From assembly GCA_027604505.1 (NCBI GenBank), contig JADIIX010000064.1:62001-126000 (forward strand): DNA of 64,000 bases, in the 5' to 3' direction. Below are positions 1 to 15,772 of the stretch, one piece after another (position 1 is the stretch's first letter; every line of letters begins with the position of its first letter). The DNA is from Gonapodya sp. JEL0774 (lineage: Eukaryota). A program made the position numbers and the translations under genes. The notes under the pieces are model-generated. The model did not search any database and had not been told where the DNA came from. It saw nothing but the letters and a program-made list of their open reading frames with translations.

Positions 1-3000
1 GGGACCCTTTCAGAAAACAACAATCAAAACTCTTGTGGGACATCAATATTTGCAGTGCTCGATACAAACCAGACAAATGCAATGTTTAGAATACCGAACA
101 CAATCAAGGCAACCAAGGTCACCTGGTTGACAGCGAGAGTAAGTAGTTAAGTTTTCCAATTTACGAAGGAAATAAAAGGCAAACTCATACCCAGAGTACG
201 AGAAGCTCATTCACGACCATGGTGCCGAAGTCCGTCTGCCCAACGTCACAAACCGCTGAGAAACGGGGGCGAAAAATGATCCAAAAGGCACCCTTTCAAT
301 CCTTAACAATATTTTACGATGGTTTCTGAGCTTACCTTTCAAGTTTTCCCCAATAGTTATTACGCTAGATGTTTGTCCGTTTGTCAATACGCATTTCATA
401 AAACGATAATCGCTTATGATTCAAGCTGGCGACTTACTTGTCGACCAAAAACCTGATTCGATAATCTTCAGTGGGTGGAAATCGTTGGAAAAAGGTGATT
501 TCTGCATTTCGTGTGCACCTTTCAGACGAGCTCGGCATTGAGAAGTCAACGGCTCACCTTCAGCCAAAAGCTTTCGAACATACTCATTGACAACGTTCGC
601 AAGCTCAAATTGGTTTATGTACGCAACTTCCGGTGCGGCGGGATTCCTGACCCCGGTGATTTGGTAGTACATTCTCACTTGCACGATATTTTCCAGATCC
701 GCGCTCCTTTGAAGGACATAAGGTAAGCTAACATTCCCAAGATAATTATTCTGCTTTGTTAGGTCTTGTTTCCATTTCTGGTAGTTGGCGGAATCCCCGA
801 CATTTCCGAAATAGGACATTAAGCGTGCTGCTTGAACGGCTGCCACAGCTGTACGACCTATTTCAGTGGTCGTTAAGAACGCATCCACGCCCGATGCCAC
901 TGAATTGATTGAGACATTGATATCACAAGGTGGAGATGGAAACAAAGTCTTATACTGCCACCGAACGCACCGGATGCAAAAACGGAGTTTGTGTACACAA
1001 TTGCAAAAGCAGCAAGGGCTACACAAAGAATCGAGAGTGCTTTCAGCCGGTTCTCGAACTTCTGGGGTACTTGGATCAGTCTCGTAACGAATTCACTGCG
1101 CATTACCCGTGCTCTCCGAGCTTCACGGCTCTCACTGGTCTGACTCGATCCTCCACCATGAGAGCTGGCTGTCTTTCGGGAAACCGGCCCGTGAACGATA
1201 GCTTTAGTCTGCTTACGATTGGCATTCGAGTTCTCCCTACGACTCCCTTCATTGCGCAAATTCGTTTGGATTTCTTGTGTTGATAGTGCCTCTTCAGTAG
1301 TGGGAGCATGAAGATCCACCGAAACAGTAGTGTAGCTTCGGCTTCGGTCATCTTTCAACATCCTCGATTCATTGGGATCGGGTGATTCATCTCCTTCATC
1401 GTTCTCATCCAGGGGAAGACTGTCAGTGCTGTAGTTTGGATCTTCAAGCTCTAATGAATTTCAAAGATCATCAACTGTGCTTATAGAGAACAGTCACTTT
1501 TCACAACGCACCACTCGCACGATCAAGAAGTATGCGACTCTCATCCAAATCAGCAAGCACTGTAGGGCGCTTGGTTAATTCATCGCCATTCATCGTACTT
1601 TCAGAGACATACCTGTGCGATTAAAGTCGGCAAACAGGCGCAAAATATTCTGTTCCGTTACCAAGGGTCCCATTAACGACACGAAAAGTATTTAGCGCTG
1701 CAAGGACCCACCTTTGATTTTGGAAAGCGATCAATGAGTCGGTTGTAATTCTCCCTAGAAATTCCAATGCAACAGCATCAATGCCCAAAAGTGATTGCCG
1801 CGATCATGTGCGATAATATACCTTGCCAGCGCAGTCGAGGATGCTATCGACGAAAGATATGTGGGATAGTTCAGATAATCCTTTGGGCTGGTGGCCCGAC
1901 GAACGCAAGTCCAAAAGTTCTTGAGAGCCATCAAGCTAGCAATGTGCTGCAACGGCAACAACAGATGGTATATCAACCATGGTGACTTGGCTTCGCTTGT
2001 AAAAGTTCTACCGAAACTCACATGTATTTTTGCGTATTTCTCTTGTGAGAATGCTTCAACATAACTGAACGCACGGGTCAGACACTTGCTGACACTTTAA
2101 AGAGGCAAGTCAGATTCGCCACTTACGAGGAGACGTTAAGCTCGCTTTTTTGCATTTCTTTGCTCTGCCAGACGATACAAGTGAAGTTACCGCTTGACGC
2201 AAAATCATCGCCCCTTAAACAGTCCCCACCTTTTGAGATTGCTCGGCCAGCTTTCCGCACACGAAGCTCATAAATCGCACGTCAAACGAAATGCGCATAC
2301 TGAATATCTTGAACAATCTATATCTCGGATCATGTCAGCGCGAGCTTTCGCACAAACTCGCTCGACTTATCGCACAGCTCATCAGCTTTTTCCGCGTTGG
2401 TCTCCTCAGGGCGCACGAGCATCGTCGTCTCCGAAGGAAATGCGAGCAAATAGAATGTCGCACTCATGTGCACCAGACCATCCTGTGGGGGGTCATAGCA
2501 TTGACGGCAGAGCGGGGTAAGAAGGTCATTCAGTTTACAGAGAGACTGATCTCTCACCTTTGGATACTGAACGAATGCTGCCTCAAAAATCTCTCGCATC
2601 AGGATAAATGCATCTGGGTTCTTCGCAGTCCTTATGAATCGACAGGCAAGCTGGATGAAAGGCAGCCGGAGCAATTCGACACATGTCCGCCGCGTCGTTC
2701 GGGAGAAATCAGGGGCAACCTACCTCAACCTCAAATGGAGACTCGAAAATAGGCGGCTGAGGAATACGAGAGATTTGGTGTATAAATCATCTCTGGCTCA
2801 GTCAAAACTGCATAGCTTCAAACATACTGCTTCCTGATATTTTTCCGTTGTCAAACTCCAAATGCTACCAGGAAGAACCATCAGTTCCAACTTATTTCTA
2901 CAACTTCCAACACCTCACTCACTTTGCTCCGACGTCTCCCAAAATAATGGCAGGATCCCGACCTGAAAGGAGATTTCTACCACTGACGCTGAATCTTGGC

Positions 3001-4866
3001 TCAACTTCCGCGAAGCTGGCTTTCCTTCGTGGCAACGTAGTCATTTCTTGAATGCGTGACTGAACTCTCGAATATACTCGGCGCGTGATTCTCTGTCTCA
3101 TGAGTCTCGTAAGAACCGCTCCGGCGCCAAGCGCCGGGAGGAGGATCACAGCCAGGGTAACGAAAGTAGCAGGTGATTCCATAGTGGCCGCACCCGAAAT
3201 ATCAGAGATGAGTGACACTATCGACTGTTCGTTCACCCCCAACAGTCACCGTCAGAAACATAGATATCGTTTGGTCCTCGAGAAATGATACGAATGATAC
3301 GCAATGCCGGTTGCATAAAGCTCACCGACAAGAGAGCCGCGAAGAATATTCCACTTCTTGTCTCTTGAAAAGTTTCGTTGTGGAATGGTTGCTTCTGTAC
3401 CGTCTCTTTGGTGAGGATCTGCAACCAAATCGAGACGATGCAACGGGTTAGAAAAATCTTGGCGAGAGATAGACCTGCGACAAGAAAGTGAAATGCATAC
3501 GATTAAGCAAGCAACTAGAATGGCAAGCTTGGCAGACGAGGATTGAATGAACTGCCACACAAAAACGAGGATGAACTTCACGAGCAAGTAGAGCATATCA
3601 GTGCGGCCGTGCGCCCTCGTAAGAGGGTTCTTAGTCGACTTTGGGTTGCCATCAACGTAGACAAGAGCTATTTCCAACCAAGAGAACGGTTGGCAGAATG
3701 CCGGCGCTGTATATAACAACTATGAAGGCTCACCCATGAGCAGAGTGTACGGAACAAATAGCGCCAACCCGAGAACTATCGCAGTCAAGATTACGAAGCT
3801 GTCGTCACTTTCGCAAACCGCGTTGCACATACTCGATAATATGAAAGGAATCAGATGCGAGGCAGTCGTGAAGCACGCAGTATCCGGATAATGACTGAGG
3901 ACCCCATCTTCACAGTCGATGACAGTTAGAAACACCTCAGCAATGGCTTCAGGTGTAAGAGTAGTGTCAGCAATAACAATGAGCAAGTTTGTGAAAGAAT
4001 CCCGAAAACGATGGTCTGCTCACGTATGTTGAGGACACCGACTTCAAATGAAGGTGGTTGCAATACAGTGGTTAGCAGGGCCAATCCGGAACGATCAAAA
4101 CACCAATCTCACCGGCGAGCATAGTTCCCGCCCTCAGCAAAGTAAGCGGCCATATGGCCTTGAACTTCCCTTTTGAGAAACTGACACCGCAAAAGATGAT
4201 GGTACTTATAAGGGTCGCCACGACGAGCCAAGCCGCCCCAAACATGACCAAAAACAAGTTGTAAGTTGCTGGTCGAAGAACCAACGCGTTCCAGATAAAG
4301 TGTATCCACGATGGCATTCCGGGAAAGCTGAGGAACCAAAAACATTGTATCTCTGATCGGCTCTTCGAATTGCAAAATGCCACTTGCTTACCTGTATCCT
4401 GGATGCCAACAAAAGTAAAGAAGCTGGATATCCTCGAAGATCGTCAGAGGGTAGGAAAGAATTGCTGGAACTTCGTTGCCTGAAGGCGGGGGGGAGGAAG
4501 GAGTCAATCAGATATCAGGCGACACATTCGATGGAGAATTGGACGTCGGCTCACCTGTAACCATGGAGTGCAGAACTAGGAAAAGCGTGTGCTCGAGGTG
4601 TGATCGCTTCGTTGGATCCTTATGTCGGAAGTAGAGAGTGTCCCCGAAGACGGTCCGGTACACATTAGAGATCTTCTCATCTTACCAACCTCTCTCTCTG
4701 GTCTATTTCTCGATACTTCTCCACCGGTCTTGAGTGGCATTCGCTCCACGGTCGGTGATTCTCCCACCATCGCGGTTGCAACATCTGCCAGGCTGAGCTC
4801 TCTTGAACCGCTGATCGTCGGAGGGCCTCGCGTCGCTGCGGTCTTGTCTTCGTATTCAGATTTCAT
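1..4866 (-). CDS. TmcB/TmcC-like multi-pass membrane protein, paralog 1 (multi-exon; 3' end runs off the window)
   Basis: Exonic ORF pieces give an N-terminal TM bundle (ALVYVDGNPKSTKNPLTRAHGRTDMLYLLVK), a helical TPR-like region (YNRLIDRFPKSK..ILRLFADF), an S/G-rich linker (ASSHGGGSSQTSESREARRAR) and further TMs. It is collinear with the gene at 25981-31966. The family call is from recalled architecture. Confidence 0.7.
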
Positions 4867-5195
4867 GTTTGATTGATGGAGATGGTTGGACCCGTGGATC
4901 GTTGGACCTGGCGGTTAAATGGGGTTGTGGATACCTCTCAGGCACCATGGACCAACTACCCGAAGTCCCGAACCCCCTAACTCATTTATTTGGATGCACC
5001 CTTTGGGGGTGAGACTGATATGTGTATTATTGGTGGGCGTGGATTCTGAGATTCCTGATGAGCAGCACAAATGAACAGCTTGGCGGCGAGGATTTGTCAT
5101 GTATAAAAAAACGGACATGGGATATATAACATAATACTCTAAACTGTTTCTATTACATGCAAAATAAATTGGGCGCGATGGCAGCGACAATAATA

Positions 5196-6660
<1,465 letters not shown>

Positions 6661-7491
6661 CGTACACTTGAATAGACTGGTGGAGGCTTTCGATGGCGGA
6701 AAAGTCGACTTGATGGGCCAGGATCGGTGGTGGATGCGTGGAGAGAAAACACCCGATCGGAGGCAACAACCCCCCGACATCAAACGGCCTCAGGAGCTCC
6801 TACAGTTCTCATCAATGTGATTCTTGCATAACATAAATGTATATAAATATGCATACTGGTAGTTTAGTTGAAAAACAAAGGGGGAATGAGCGGAAATAAG
6901 CGCAGACTGGCATTCGCCCCAGCAACTTCGGCAAAGGGGCACAGGCGGTCGCTCTGACTCTGTTCAGCCTTGCCGGACTTGGTGTATGTACTGTAGTACT
7001 CGTGATGGTTAAACTCAGCTACAACAATAATTTGTCCTCGGAAATAGCAGCGCCGCCACTTCGAATCAGCCGAACTAAACTGACGAGAGCACCACCTGCA
7101 TGGGGGTGCCTTTACATAATTTCAGTTTCTGATGATCTTTCAGTTGGCGTCTGCTCCCATACAACATACAGTCATCGAGGAGTTTGCAAAGAGCAAGTGC
7201 TGTAGCACTATAAAGAGTTACACTAATAGAGCGTGGTGTGGGGAAAAGTTACATTATCTTATAATCGAGTTTCCCTCATCATGACGGCGACTCCGGCAAG
7301 CCCCAACAAGAAGAGTGTTTCTTGACAGAATCCTAATACAAAGAACGTGCATGCTCGTGTATATTATGCAAACTACTTGATACCTGGTTGCTCAACATAA
7401 CTGAAACCTCGGAATATATCCCTCGCCCTCACCCCCACCCCAAATCACCCCGTCGACTTCTCTGTCTACGCAATTGAAGCTAGACTCCTCC

Positions 7492-10400
7492 TCACTTTCC
7501 CTTCCTCCCTCCATCTTCTTCCACCAATGTTTCTAATCGATCAAAGAACATCTCGTGACTCCTCACGTCCACATCCCTTCCGAACCTCACCGCCATCTTC
7601 TTTCCGTTGCCGTCCCTGCGCCCGACATGCGGCACCAGGGACTCCCCCAGGTCCTCCCAAGCTTTGGCGGGGCCAACCATGTAGATGAGCAGGGCGAGAG
7701 TGAGGGTGAAGAGAACTTTTCATCCCAATAGTGGGTTATACAATTCCCCGGGCGGTGGTACAAGTCGTTGAGTATGATGACATTAGCCGCACGCACAACT
7801 CAGCGAAACACTTGCCTCCGAGGGCGGCCCAGAATCCCGACAAACTTGGCAAGACGATATCCACCGGAGATTTCACAAAAGTGACAAAGAAGTTCTGCGA
7901 GGGGACCAAGGAGGATCACGAAACGCGATGAGAACCAGCCCAAAGGGACACATGAGTAGTTGAAGCTCACTGTCGGCGCAAACAAGACTGTGAATATTGT
8001 AAGCGCAAAGACTGATGGTGAGGAAATAGAGCGTAATGGCCGCGGAACCAGGCGCAAAATTTGGGTGGATAGGCGTCACGTGGTTAACGCCTGGGTCACT
8101 AAAGGTGAGGCAAGACACGAATCACCAGAACTACTCACTGATTCTATTTTGATACGCCGTGACTTCGTAGTTGACTAGTCCTACCAGCGCATCTGTGCGC
8201 TCAATAAGAGCCAGGATGCGTGAATCGATGACAAGTCCTTCCGCCTAGATACGAAGGGAATCGAGTTGCCAATGATCTGTGGGGTCTTCAGTACCTCGTA
8301 CAGCACGTAACTCACTGCAACAGCCTTTATTTGTTTCGAAGAAGGGAGAAGAAACGGACATCGCACAGAATTTTGTGCGGAAATTCGTATGAGAGTGAGT
8401 AACACGGGAAGACATGGATTCGCCCGCCAATCACAACGACAAGGGAGTAGAAAATACACTCCTTTGGAAGACACACCTCAAGATTCGTAATGGACCCGGT
8501 CCACGCACTCCCAGTCGGCGCGACTCCCCTCAAGAAGCTCCCGAGCGCCGAGACCTGGTTGCATACGACGGCAAAGTCGCGGCGGAGGGTGAGGAGCTCG
8601 GCTTTGAGGGCGGTGAGAACTGTATGGGGAGAGACACCACGAGTGAGAAGATCAAACAGGAGGGAAGCGACAGTCCGGATGGACGTGATCGGCGCGGCGG
8701 CACATCATCATTCACAATCGATATTCCCAAATGCACACCATTCAACACCCAAAACACCATCTCGTCAAAACCATCAATCCCGCACTACAGTCCCACGTAT
8801 AACCCACCTTGCGAATACGCCGTGCTGGGTCTCCTAAAAACCAGCCTCTCGGCATCAGCAAATGCGTCCTCCACAAACGACACCACTTCGGCGGAGATTT
8901 CGAGATGGGCGCGGAGGATTTGGGCGACGAGGGAGGGGCCGCTGAGTTGTTGAAGAGTTGGGGTGGGCAGAGGTGAGTACAAGACAGCTACAAAAGCACC
9001 ACCAAAATGATCAGAGTCACCAGCTTGGACAAGACACGACCTCAGTGTACTGCTTTTTAAAAGTTCCAGCAGGATGGACCCACTGTGACAAGTTTCCGCC
9101 CTCCGTGGTGCGCTCATACTTTCAAAAGACCCTGACCACGAGGCGAAGCGACCCACAGTGGCGCACAAACTGAGACGTGCGGCGCGGGGAGCACCGCACC
9201 GCATCAAACCCTCCCTCAGTCCAGAGTATCGCCTCATCCAACCGCGAGTTGTTGCGTCCGTGTTCCCTATGACCATGACCATCCACCACAATCACCCCCA
9301 AAGACTTACTCGGGATACGCGTTCGCGCCCCTCATGACCCCACCCTCCCCCGTCACACCGCCGAGCATTTCCTCCTGCATCTCGTCATCCCACATGCCCG
9401 TCATTTCTGTGAGGAGGAGGAACCTGATATCGTCCGCACGCCAGCCGCGGACAAACTCGAGGCGGACCTGGAGGCGGCCGCGTTTGAGAAGGCGGGACTC
9501 GACGAGGGCGAGGCGGGAGAGGACGGTGGGCGGGGGGAGGGACTGGTACGGTGGGGGGGGAGTGGATAACGAGGGCGGAGAGGAGATGGGGAGGAGGGAG
9601 TCGGTGGACGGGCCGTTGAGGGTCGGTGATGCGGTGGTGGTGGGAAGGAGGAAGGAAGGGGGCAGGTGGTCTTCGGCGAAGACGGGGATGGCGAGTGTGA
9701 CGCCGTTCTCGTCGATGGTGAGGGCCTGCAAAGTGGTTTGAGGGTGGAGAAGGAAGGCGGTTCGGGGTGAGTTTTTACCCGGTCCTTCATATGGGACAAC
9801 CGCTCAAGAATGCTGGGTGGTTGCCCAAGCTTTCTCCGGGATTGGCAGTTGTTCAAGTCTCCTGCCGCCCCACTCAAGCACTCTGTGCGGGACAAAACAA
9901 ACCTGTTTCTGAAAATGCCGCCGGGGCGTCCGTCCCGCAATGGTGGGATAATTTGCCATCTGCCTGACAAGATCTCCAAACATCTGCGCCTCCTCTTGGG
10001 GCAGTCCAGCCGTCGCTATGTGCGCCCAGCGCACGCTTTCTCTGAGAAATGGTTGTTGTGTTGCGAGGTAGTTGGAGAGCGAGGCAGCGTCAGTCCCTGT
10101 ACAGATCCGTCCCGACTCGCCGACGACAAAGTCCGCTATTCCCCATCGCGGGAGTGCGTTTGCTGGTTGCGAATTGAGGGGTGCGATTGTTTGGAGTGGC
10201 TGCACGGGCGCCGTGTGGGGCCCGACGGACGGCGCAGAAGCGTACCCGGGCATTGCGGGTGAAAGAGATTTGGAGGGGAGCGGGAGTGGGATGGACTGTG
10301 GCAGAGTTTGCTGCGGCGACTGTGACGGAGACCGCAGCGACGTTGCTGAAGACGAGTGAGCAGACACGAGCGTAGCGGATGGGGCAGGTGCAGCAGGCGA

Positions 10401-10664
10401 ACCTGATCCCAAACCCCCAACGGAACCAGCACCAGCGACCGCGTGGCCCGAACTCGAAACAACCGGCGCCGCAAGAGACGTGTTCGACCCGGCAACTGAT
10501 GCCGTGGTGAGCAGCTGCGACTGCGAAGTGGAAGCGGTCACCCCTCCGCCAGAAGCAGCAGTAGCAGGGTACGTCGACTGTCCGGCGTTCAAGGCTTCGC
10601 CGCTGCTGCTTGTGGGCGAGCGCGAGCGCGAACGAGATCGAAATGGGTTTTTCAAGTGGTGCAT
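7492..10664 (-). CDS. CorA/Mg2+-transporter-like protein with low-complexity N-terminus and two C-terminal TM helices, multi-exon
   Basis: The spliced model gives a long helical stalk (RILALIERTDALVGLVNYEVTAYQNRI), TM1 VFALTIFTVLFAPT, a short loop and TM2 FWAALGVLFTLTLALLIYMV. It includes a GC-AG intron at 7716-7815. Confidence 0.6.
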
Positions 10665-11165
10665 TGCCCGACCCACGGAGTTGTGGGTGTGTAATTATGA
10701 CGGTTTCGACGGGGAGTTGTTCTCTAATTCATTTCTGCTCCAAATTTGGAAAAAAAACTGAATCTGCTGAATGATCCAAGCACTGTTTTGGGATGTTCAG
10801 CTGTTACCAATGATAGCTATTCTGTTCGAAATAATTGGACTCTTTCACTCTTTTGTGGAAATTGTTGCAACCTCAACAGCACCGTCGTCACCTTCCTTCC
10901 TTCGCACCCAGCCTGCACTCGGACGGCTCTCGAGTCGCAGTCATTCGCAGTACAAGTGTCATAAGTGGAATCAGCAACCACCAAACCACTAGCCCACAAA
11001 GAATCCGCTAAAAGGACACACCAAATTTTGTTGCTGACATGGGTGGGAGACGAGCCCCTCAGCAGAACCACGAGGCACCGATCCCGGTAACTTTACAGCA
11101 AACAAGCATATTTTGCTGCCGGCTTCGCTTCCATCAAGCCAAAATCTCTATCGCAACTAACATCA

Positions 11166-11808
11166 ATGGGTGGTAGGTAACCCATCCCAGAACTCTCCGC
11201 TCAATTCATTCACATTCTTCGTGGTGTCATCCACATAAGCTCAGATCTCAACCGCGTCCCCATGACGGATGCCATCAACCATCGGCTCGTTTCCACACTC
11301 TTTGAGGCACCCCCAGGATACGAGATTGTGCAAAGTCTGGGAGTTGTAAGGGGTATAAGTGTCCGGAGCAGGAACGCGATCGCTAGTTTGGGAGGGGCCT
11401 TCAAATCCATGCTGGGTCAGTGTTTATTTTGATCCGATGAAGTCCCCAGCCATATAGCATAGTGACTTTTGGTGTTTGATGTTTAGGTGGCTCGATTGAG
11501 ACCTTCCGACATCTATGTGAAGATGCAAGAATGGAAGCATATAACCTGAGTGAGAATCTGGTGGAACTTCACGATTCGCTCGAAATCTCTTAACTCTCCT
11601 ATTCAAGTGGTCAAAGACGCTGTTGCTCAAGGAGCGAACGGTATTCTGTCGGTGCGATATGGTGCGTTTGTTGCTTTCATATATACGAGTTTCCTGCATA
11701 CGAGATGAAAATTTCTCCTCACATTGCCTTCTAGATACCAACGAGATCATGGAGGGAGTTCAGGAGGTTTTCTGCTATGGGACGGCAGTACTTGTGGCCG
11801 CGAAATGA
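11166..11808 (+). CDS. YbjQ/UPF0145 family (putative heavy-metal-binding) protein, 5 exons
   Basis: Spliced translation: PGYEIVQSLGVVRGISVRSRN...GGSIETFRHLCEDARMEAYNLMVKDAVAQGANGILSVRYDTNEIMEGVQEVFCYGTAV. Confidence 0.85.
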
Positions 11809-12194
11809 GAGCTGTGGGTGGGTTGGGTAGAGAAACCACAATGGATTGCTATGATCAATCGCAATGGCTCCGTTGCTAACTCTTGTCTATGTCGGACTCT
11901 TCTTGAGCTCATCTTGCAAAATCGGGTATGTGCTGAGGATAAACGGGGAGCGGACAGTTCCCCTCCTCATGGATTACTATCAGAATTATTGAAAGATGTT
12001 TAACTTTGTCGGCATGTCTCCATATATTGTGTCTCTTTGATACTCCTCTGCACGGAAGCAAAATTGTGTTTCCTGCAGTGTCAGATGATTGATTACACTT
12101 CCGATCCGGGACCGGCCCAAGCGAGTACCCTAAACAAAGTCCTAATTCTTCACCCCACCCAAACCCATTCATTTTCATTCCAACCCATCAACCC

Positions 12195-15100
12195 ATGACG
12201 ATTCCAGCACCAATCTCGCTGCCCAATCTTCCCCTCTTCTCAGCCGCCGTCGCGCACGCAAAGTCGGCCGCGAACCCGGCGGTCGTCGTCAAGGATGGGA
12301 GCGAGTTCGGCTACGCCCAGCTGCTCCACGAAGCAGCGAAATTGAGCTCCGTGCTGCTCGATGGGAAAAGGTGTGTATTGATGCTCCGATCAAATCACCA
12401 AGTACGAGGACATTGGCGGGTTTGGTGTGGCCGTGGAGGATAACATAATGTGGGTGACGTCGGAGATTTCCTCCCAGTCGCGAAGTGGCACCACGCGGCG
12501 CCAAACCAAATATTTTCGACTGTATTCCGCGAGTTCTTGAGCAATCGCGTGTCTTTGACTCTCGCTGAGGTCTGACCGGGGGAACCCCGCCGTGTGTCGT
12601 CATCTGCACACACCCGCTGTGCAACCAACGAAGCTTGATTCTTGGTGGCACCACCCGCTCACCTGAAGCGTCTGACCTCACCTGAAACCGTATTCTGTCT
12701 CCCCAGCGACCTCGCCGAAGCCCGCGTCTCGTACATTGCCCAGCCATCTTTTCTCTACTGCGTCACCCAGTGGGCAATCTGGATCGCAGGCGGTGTCGCC
12801 GTGCCTCTCGGTGAGTATTCGCCAGAAGCATCTCTTCATGAGCTCCACCACTCGTACGACCCGTGCACGGTTGCCACCTGGCCCGTCCACCCTCCCATGT
12901 TGACACCTCCTGCTCACATCCCCGCTCAACCAATCCAGCCGTCTCCCACCCACCCAGCGAGCTCCTCTACACCATCACCGACTCTCAATCCTCCATCGTC
13001 CTCTACCACCCCTCCTTCGCCTCAAAACTCGACGAAATCCGCGCGCAGATCCCTCAAGGCGTGCGTCTGATCCAGATCGAGGACATCGCGCCTGTAGAGT
13101 GGAGGGGGAAGCCGCTCGACGTGGAGGTGGTCTGGACCGAAATGGACGTGGCAAGGAGGGCACTGTTCATCTACACGTCGGGTGAGGATGTCCCGAGTCA
13201 AGCAGTACCCCCTCAGCCGCCTGCCTTTAACCATGTGCATTCCCATCACTTTCACGTTGGTCGGTCTCAAATGAAAACCCCCGCATGCGCAAACCATATC
13301 CCCGTCGCGGCCGTCCTGTCTCCCGTGCCCTCGTGCACCCCACTCCTCCCATCCCATGGGCACTGACAGGCACGACCGGAAAACCAAAGGGGGCGGTTCA
13401 CACGCACCTGTCGCTCACAACTCAGGCAAAGTCGCTCTCAGAGGCGTGGGCATGGGCTTCAACCGATAGGATTTTCAAGTGGGTGCACCTGCAGGAGCGG
13501 GGACGGATGGGAAGCAGCTGTGGTCGTGGGGAGCGACAGCCCCAAGGGTGGCCCCCGCCACCCACTGACCTTCCTCCCATCTCTCCCTTCCAATTTCTTA
13601 TCTCTTTCTCGGTATTCATCCGTGACCACACACACCCACAGCCCCCTCCCCCTCCACCACATCCACGGTCTTGTCAACATCCTCTTCACATGCCAGCTGA
13701 ACGGCGCAGTGCAGGAGTTTGGACCTGACAGATTCGACGTGAGTGTATGACGGGTGGGTGGGGCCGGGCGTGTTCAGCGGCACATGACGGTGGGGGTGGT
13801 TATGTGGAGTGTGGTGGAGGTGGAAGCGTTTCAACGCTTACTTCTTTCTTTTAATTGTTTTCCTATTGCTTTTTTTTATGTTGCTGCTTGCTGTTGTTAT
13901 TCCGCACTACATTCCCTCATTTGTACCATGGATCCGCAACCGCCCCTTAGCCCAAATGGATCTGGGAACGCTTCATGAGGCCCGAAAGGAATTTGACGCT
14001 GTTTATGGCTGTGCCAACGAGTGAGTTGCGTGCCAAGATTGTGGGAATTTGGTCGCAAGGACAGCATTCGGGGCCCTAGCATGTCCCCATTTTCGTGCTG
14101 TTTTGCTAAGTCCTTCAACTCATCTCATTTTACCCTCGACTCTCGCCATCCATACGATTATGACAGTCTACGGTACGTGATCCAGCGCCTGCACCATAAA
14201 CCTTCACCTGTATCTGACCTTCCCAATTTTCCCCACTCACCAGCCCGCCTGGCTACAACATGGGAATCCCTCCCCGCCGACACTCGCGCTGCTGCGACGG
14301 CCTCGTGCGCCCAGTTCCGCCTCATGGTGTCCGGTTCGGCACCCCTGCCCAGCACAATGTTCGACAAGTGGGTCCAGGTGAGCGGGCACAGGCTGTTAGA
14401 GAGATATGGGTGAGTGGCGGCGCGGCACGTGGGGTGCGCTGGGTGAGTCGTGAATGGAAGACTGACACGCCCTTTTTCCATGGTTCAACCTCATGGGGTT
14501 TGTCGGGAAAGAATGACCGAGACAGGTATGATGCTGTCCAAGTAAGTCTCGTTCCCCTCCATACCCGCAACCCGCACCTCCTCATCCTCCACCGCCTCGC
14601 ACCATCTCCGTGCACGGGTTCTACCCCCACCCGCCCCCATCAGCCCCTACGCCCTCCCGCGCATCCCCGCCACCGTCGGCCACCCCCTCCCGCACGTTTC
14701 CGTCCGCCTCATCTCCCCCGACACGGGCGATGACGTCACCGAAGTCGTGGAGGGCAACGGAGGGGAAGTGCGCGTCAGGGGGGATATCTTATTCAAGGAG
14801 TACTGGGGGAGGGAGGAGGCCACAAAGGCGGCGTTTGATGCAGAAGGGTGGTTCATGACGGGTGAGTTGCGAGGGGGGGATGGGAAGTGGACATGTACGT
14901 GTGGTGCGTGGTCGTGTTCATGCCTCATGCTCGCGCTTGTGTAGGGGATATCGCGTGCAGGACAAAGGAAGGGTATTTCCGGATCATGGGCAGGGCCAGC
15001 ATGGATATCATTAAGATGGTGAGTGAACCTTTCGGATGTGGTGGGCATTGTTTATTATCGAGTCGATGTGCGCGCTAACCGCGAACACGGTGCTGCCAGG

Positions 15101-15556
15101 CTGGTTACAAACTCTCCTCTCTGGAAATTGAGCGTGAGATTCTCGACCACCCGGATGTTTCTGACGGTAAGTGGCATATGGAGCTCTTTGTGCAGTGACA
15201 GCAGTTTGATCGCCCCTTCCATCACCCACAACAGCCGCCGTTGTTGGGGTCGATGACCCGGCCAACGCCTCCGAAAAGGTCGCCGTAGTGCTTGTCGCCA
15301 AGTCGGCTGAGAGCCCGCGACTCACCGTAGGTCAGCTGAAAGAGTTTTTGAAGGAGAGGTTGGCGCCGTACAAGTGAGTCTCATTCACCCCTGTCCGCCT
15401 TATGTTCCCTCTGTGAATTCATTATTCTGATGAGTAACCGTATTGTACGCAACCAGAATTCCAACGGAGATCGCATACGAGGTGGAGATGCCGAGGAATG
15501 CCCTCGGCAAGGTGAACAAGAAGGAGCTCCGAAAGGTGTTCAACAAGACTGCTTAA
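12195..15556 (+). CDS. AMP-forming acyl-CoA synthetase, ACSF3/MatB (malonyl-CoA synthetase)-like, multi-exon
   Basis: IYTSGTTGKPKG (A3 motif), LPLHHIHG, RLMVSGSAPLP, LLERYGMTE, GWFMTGD, MPRNALGKVNKKEL. Confidence 0.9.
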
Positions 15557-15772
15557 GGAACGTTTTGTATTCGTTGAAAGAAAAAAATCCATGGCAATTG
15601 TATAGCATTCTTGAGTCCATCTCGGCGAGAATGTCCCCAGGGTAGTTACTGCAGATCCCACTCTATTCTCAGACTTGCTCCCTCAAACTCTCCTCTCTTT
15701 TGGTACGTTGAGCTTCGCCACACCCGGCGCGAGACTCTAAATAAGAAGAATTGTGAAATCGTGTCAGTCAGT

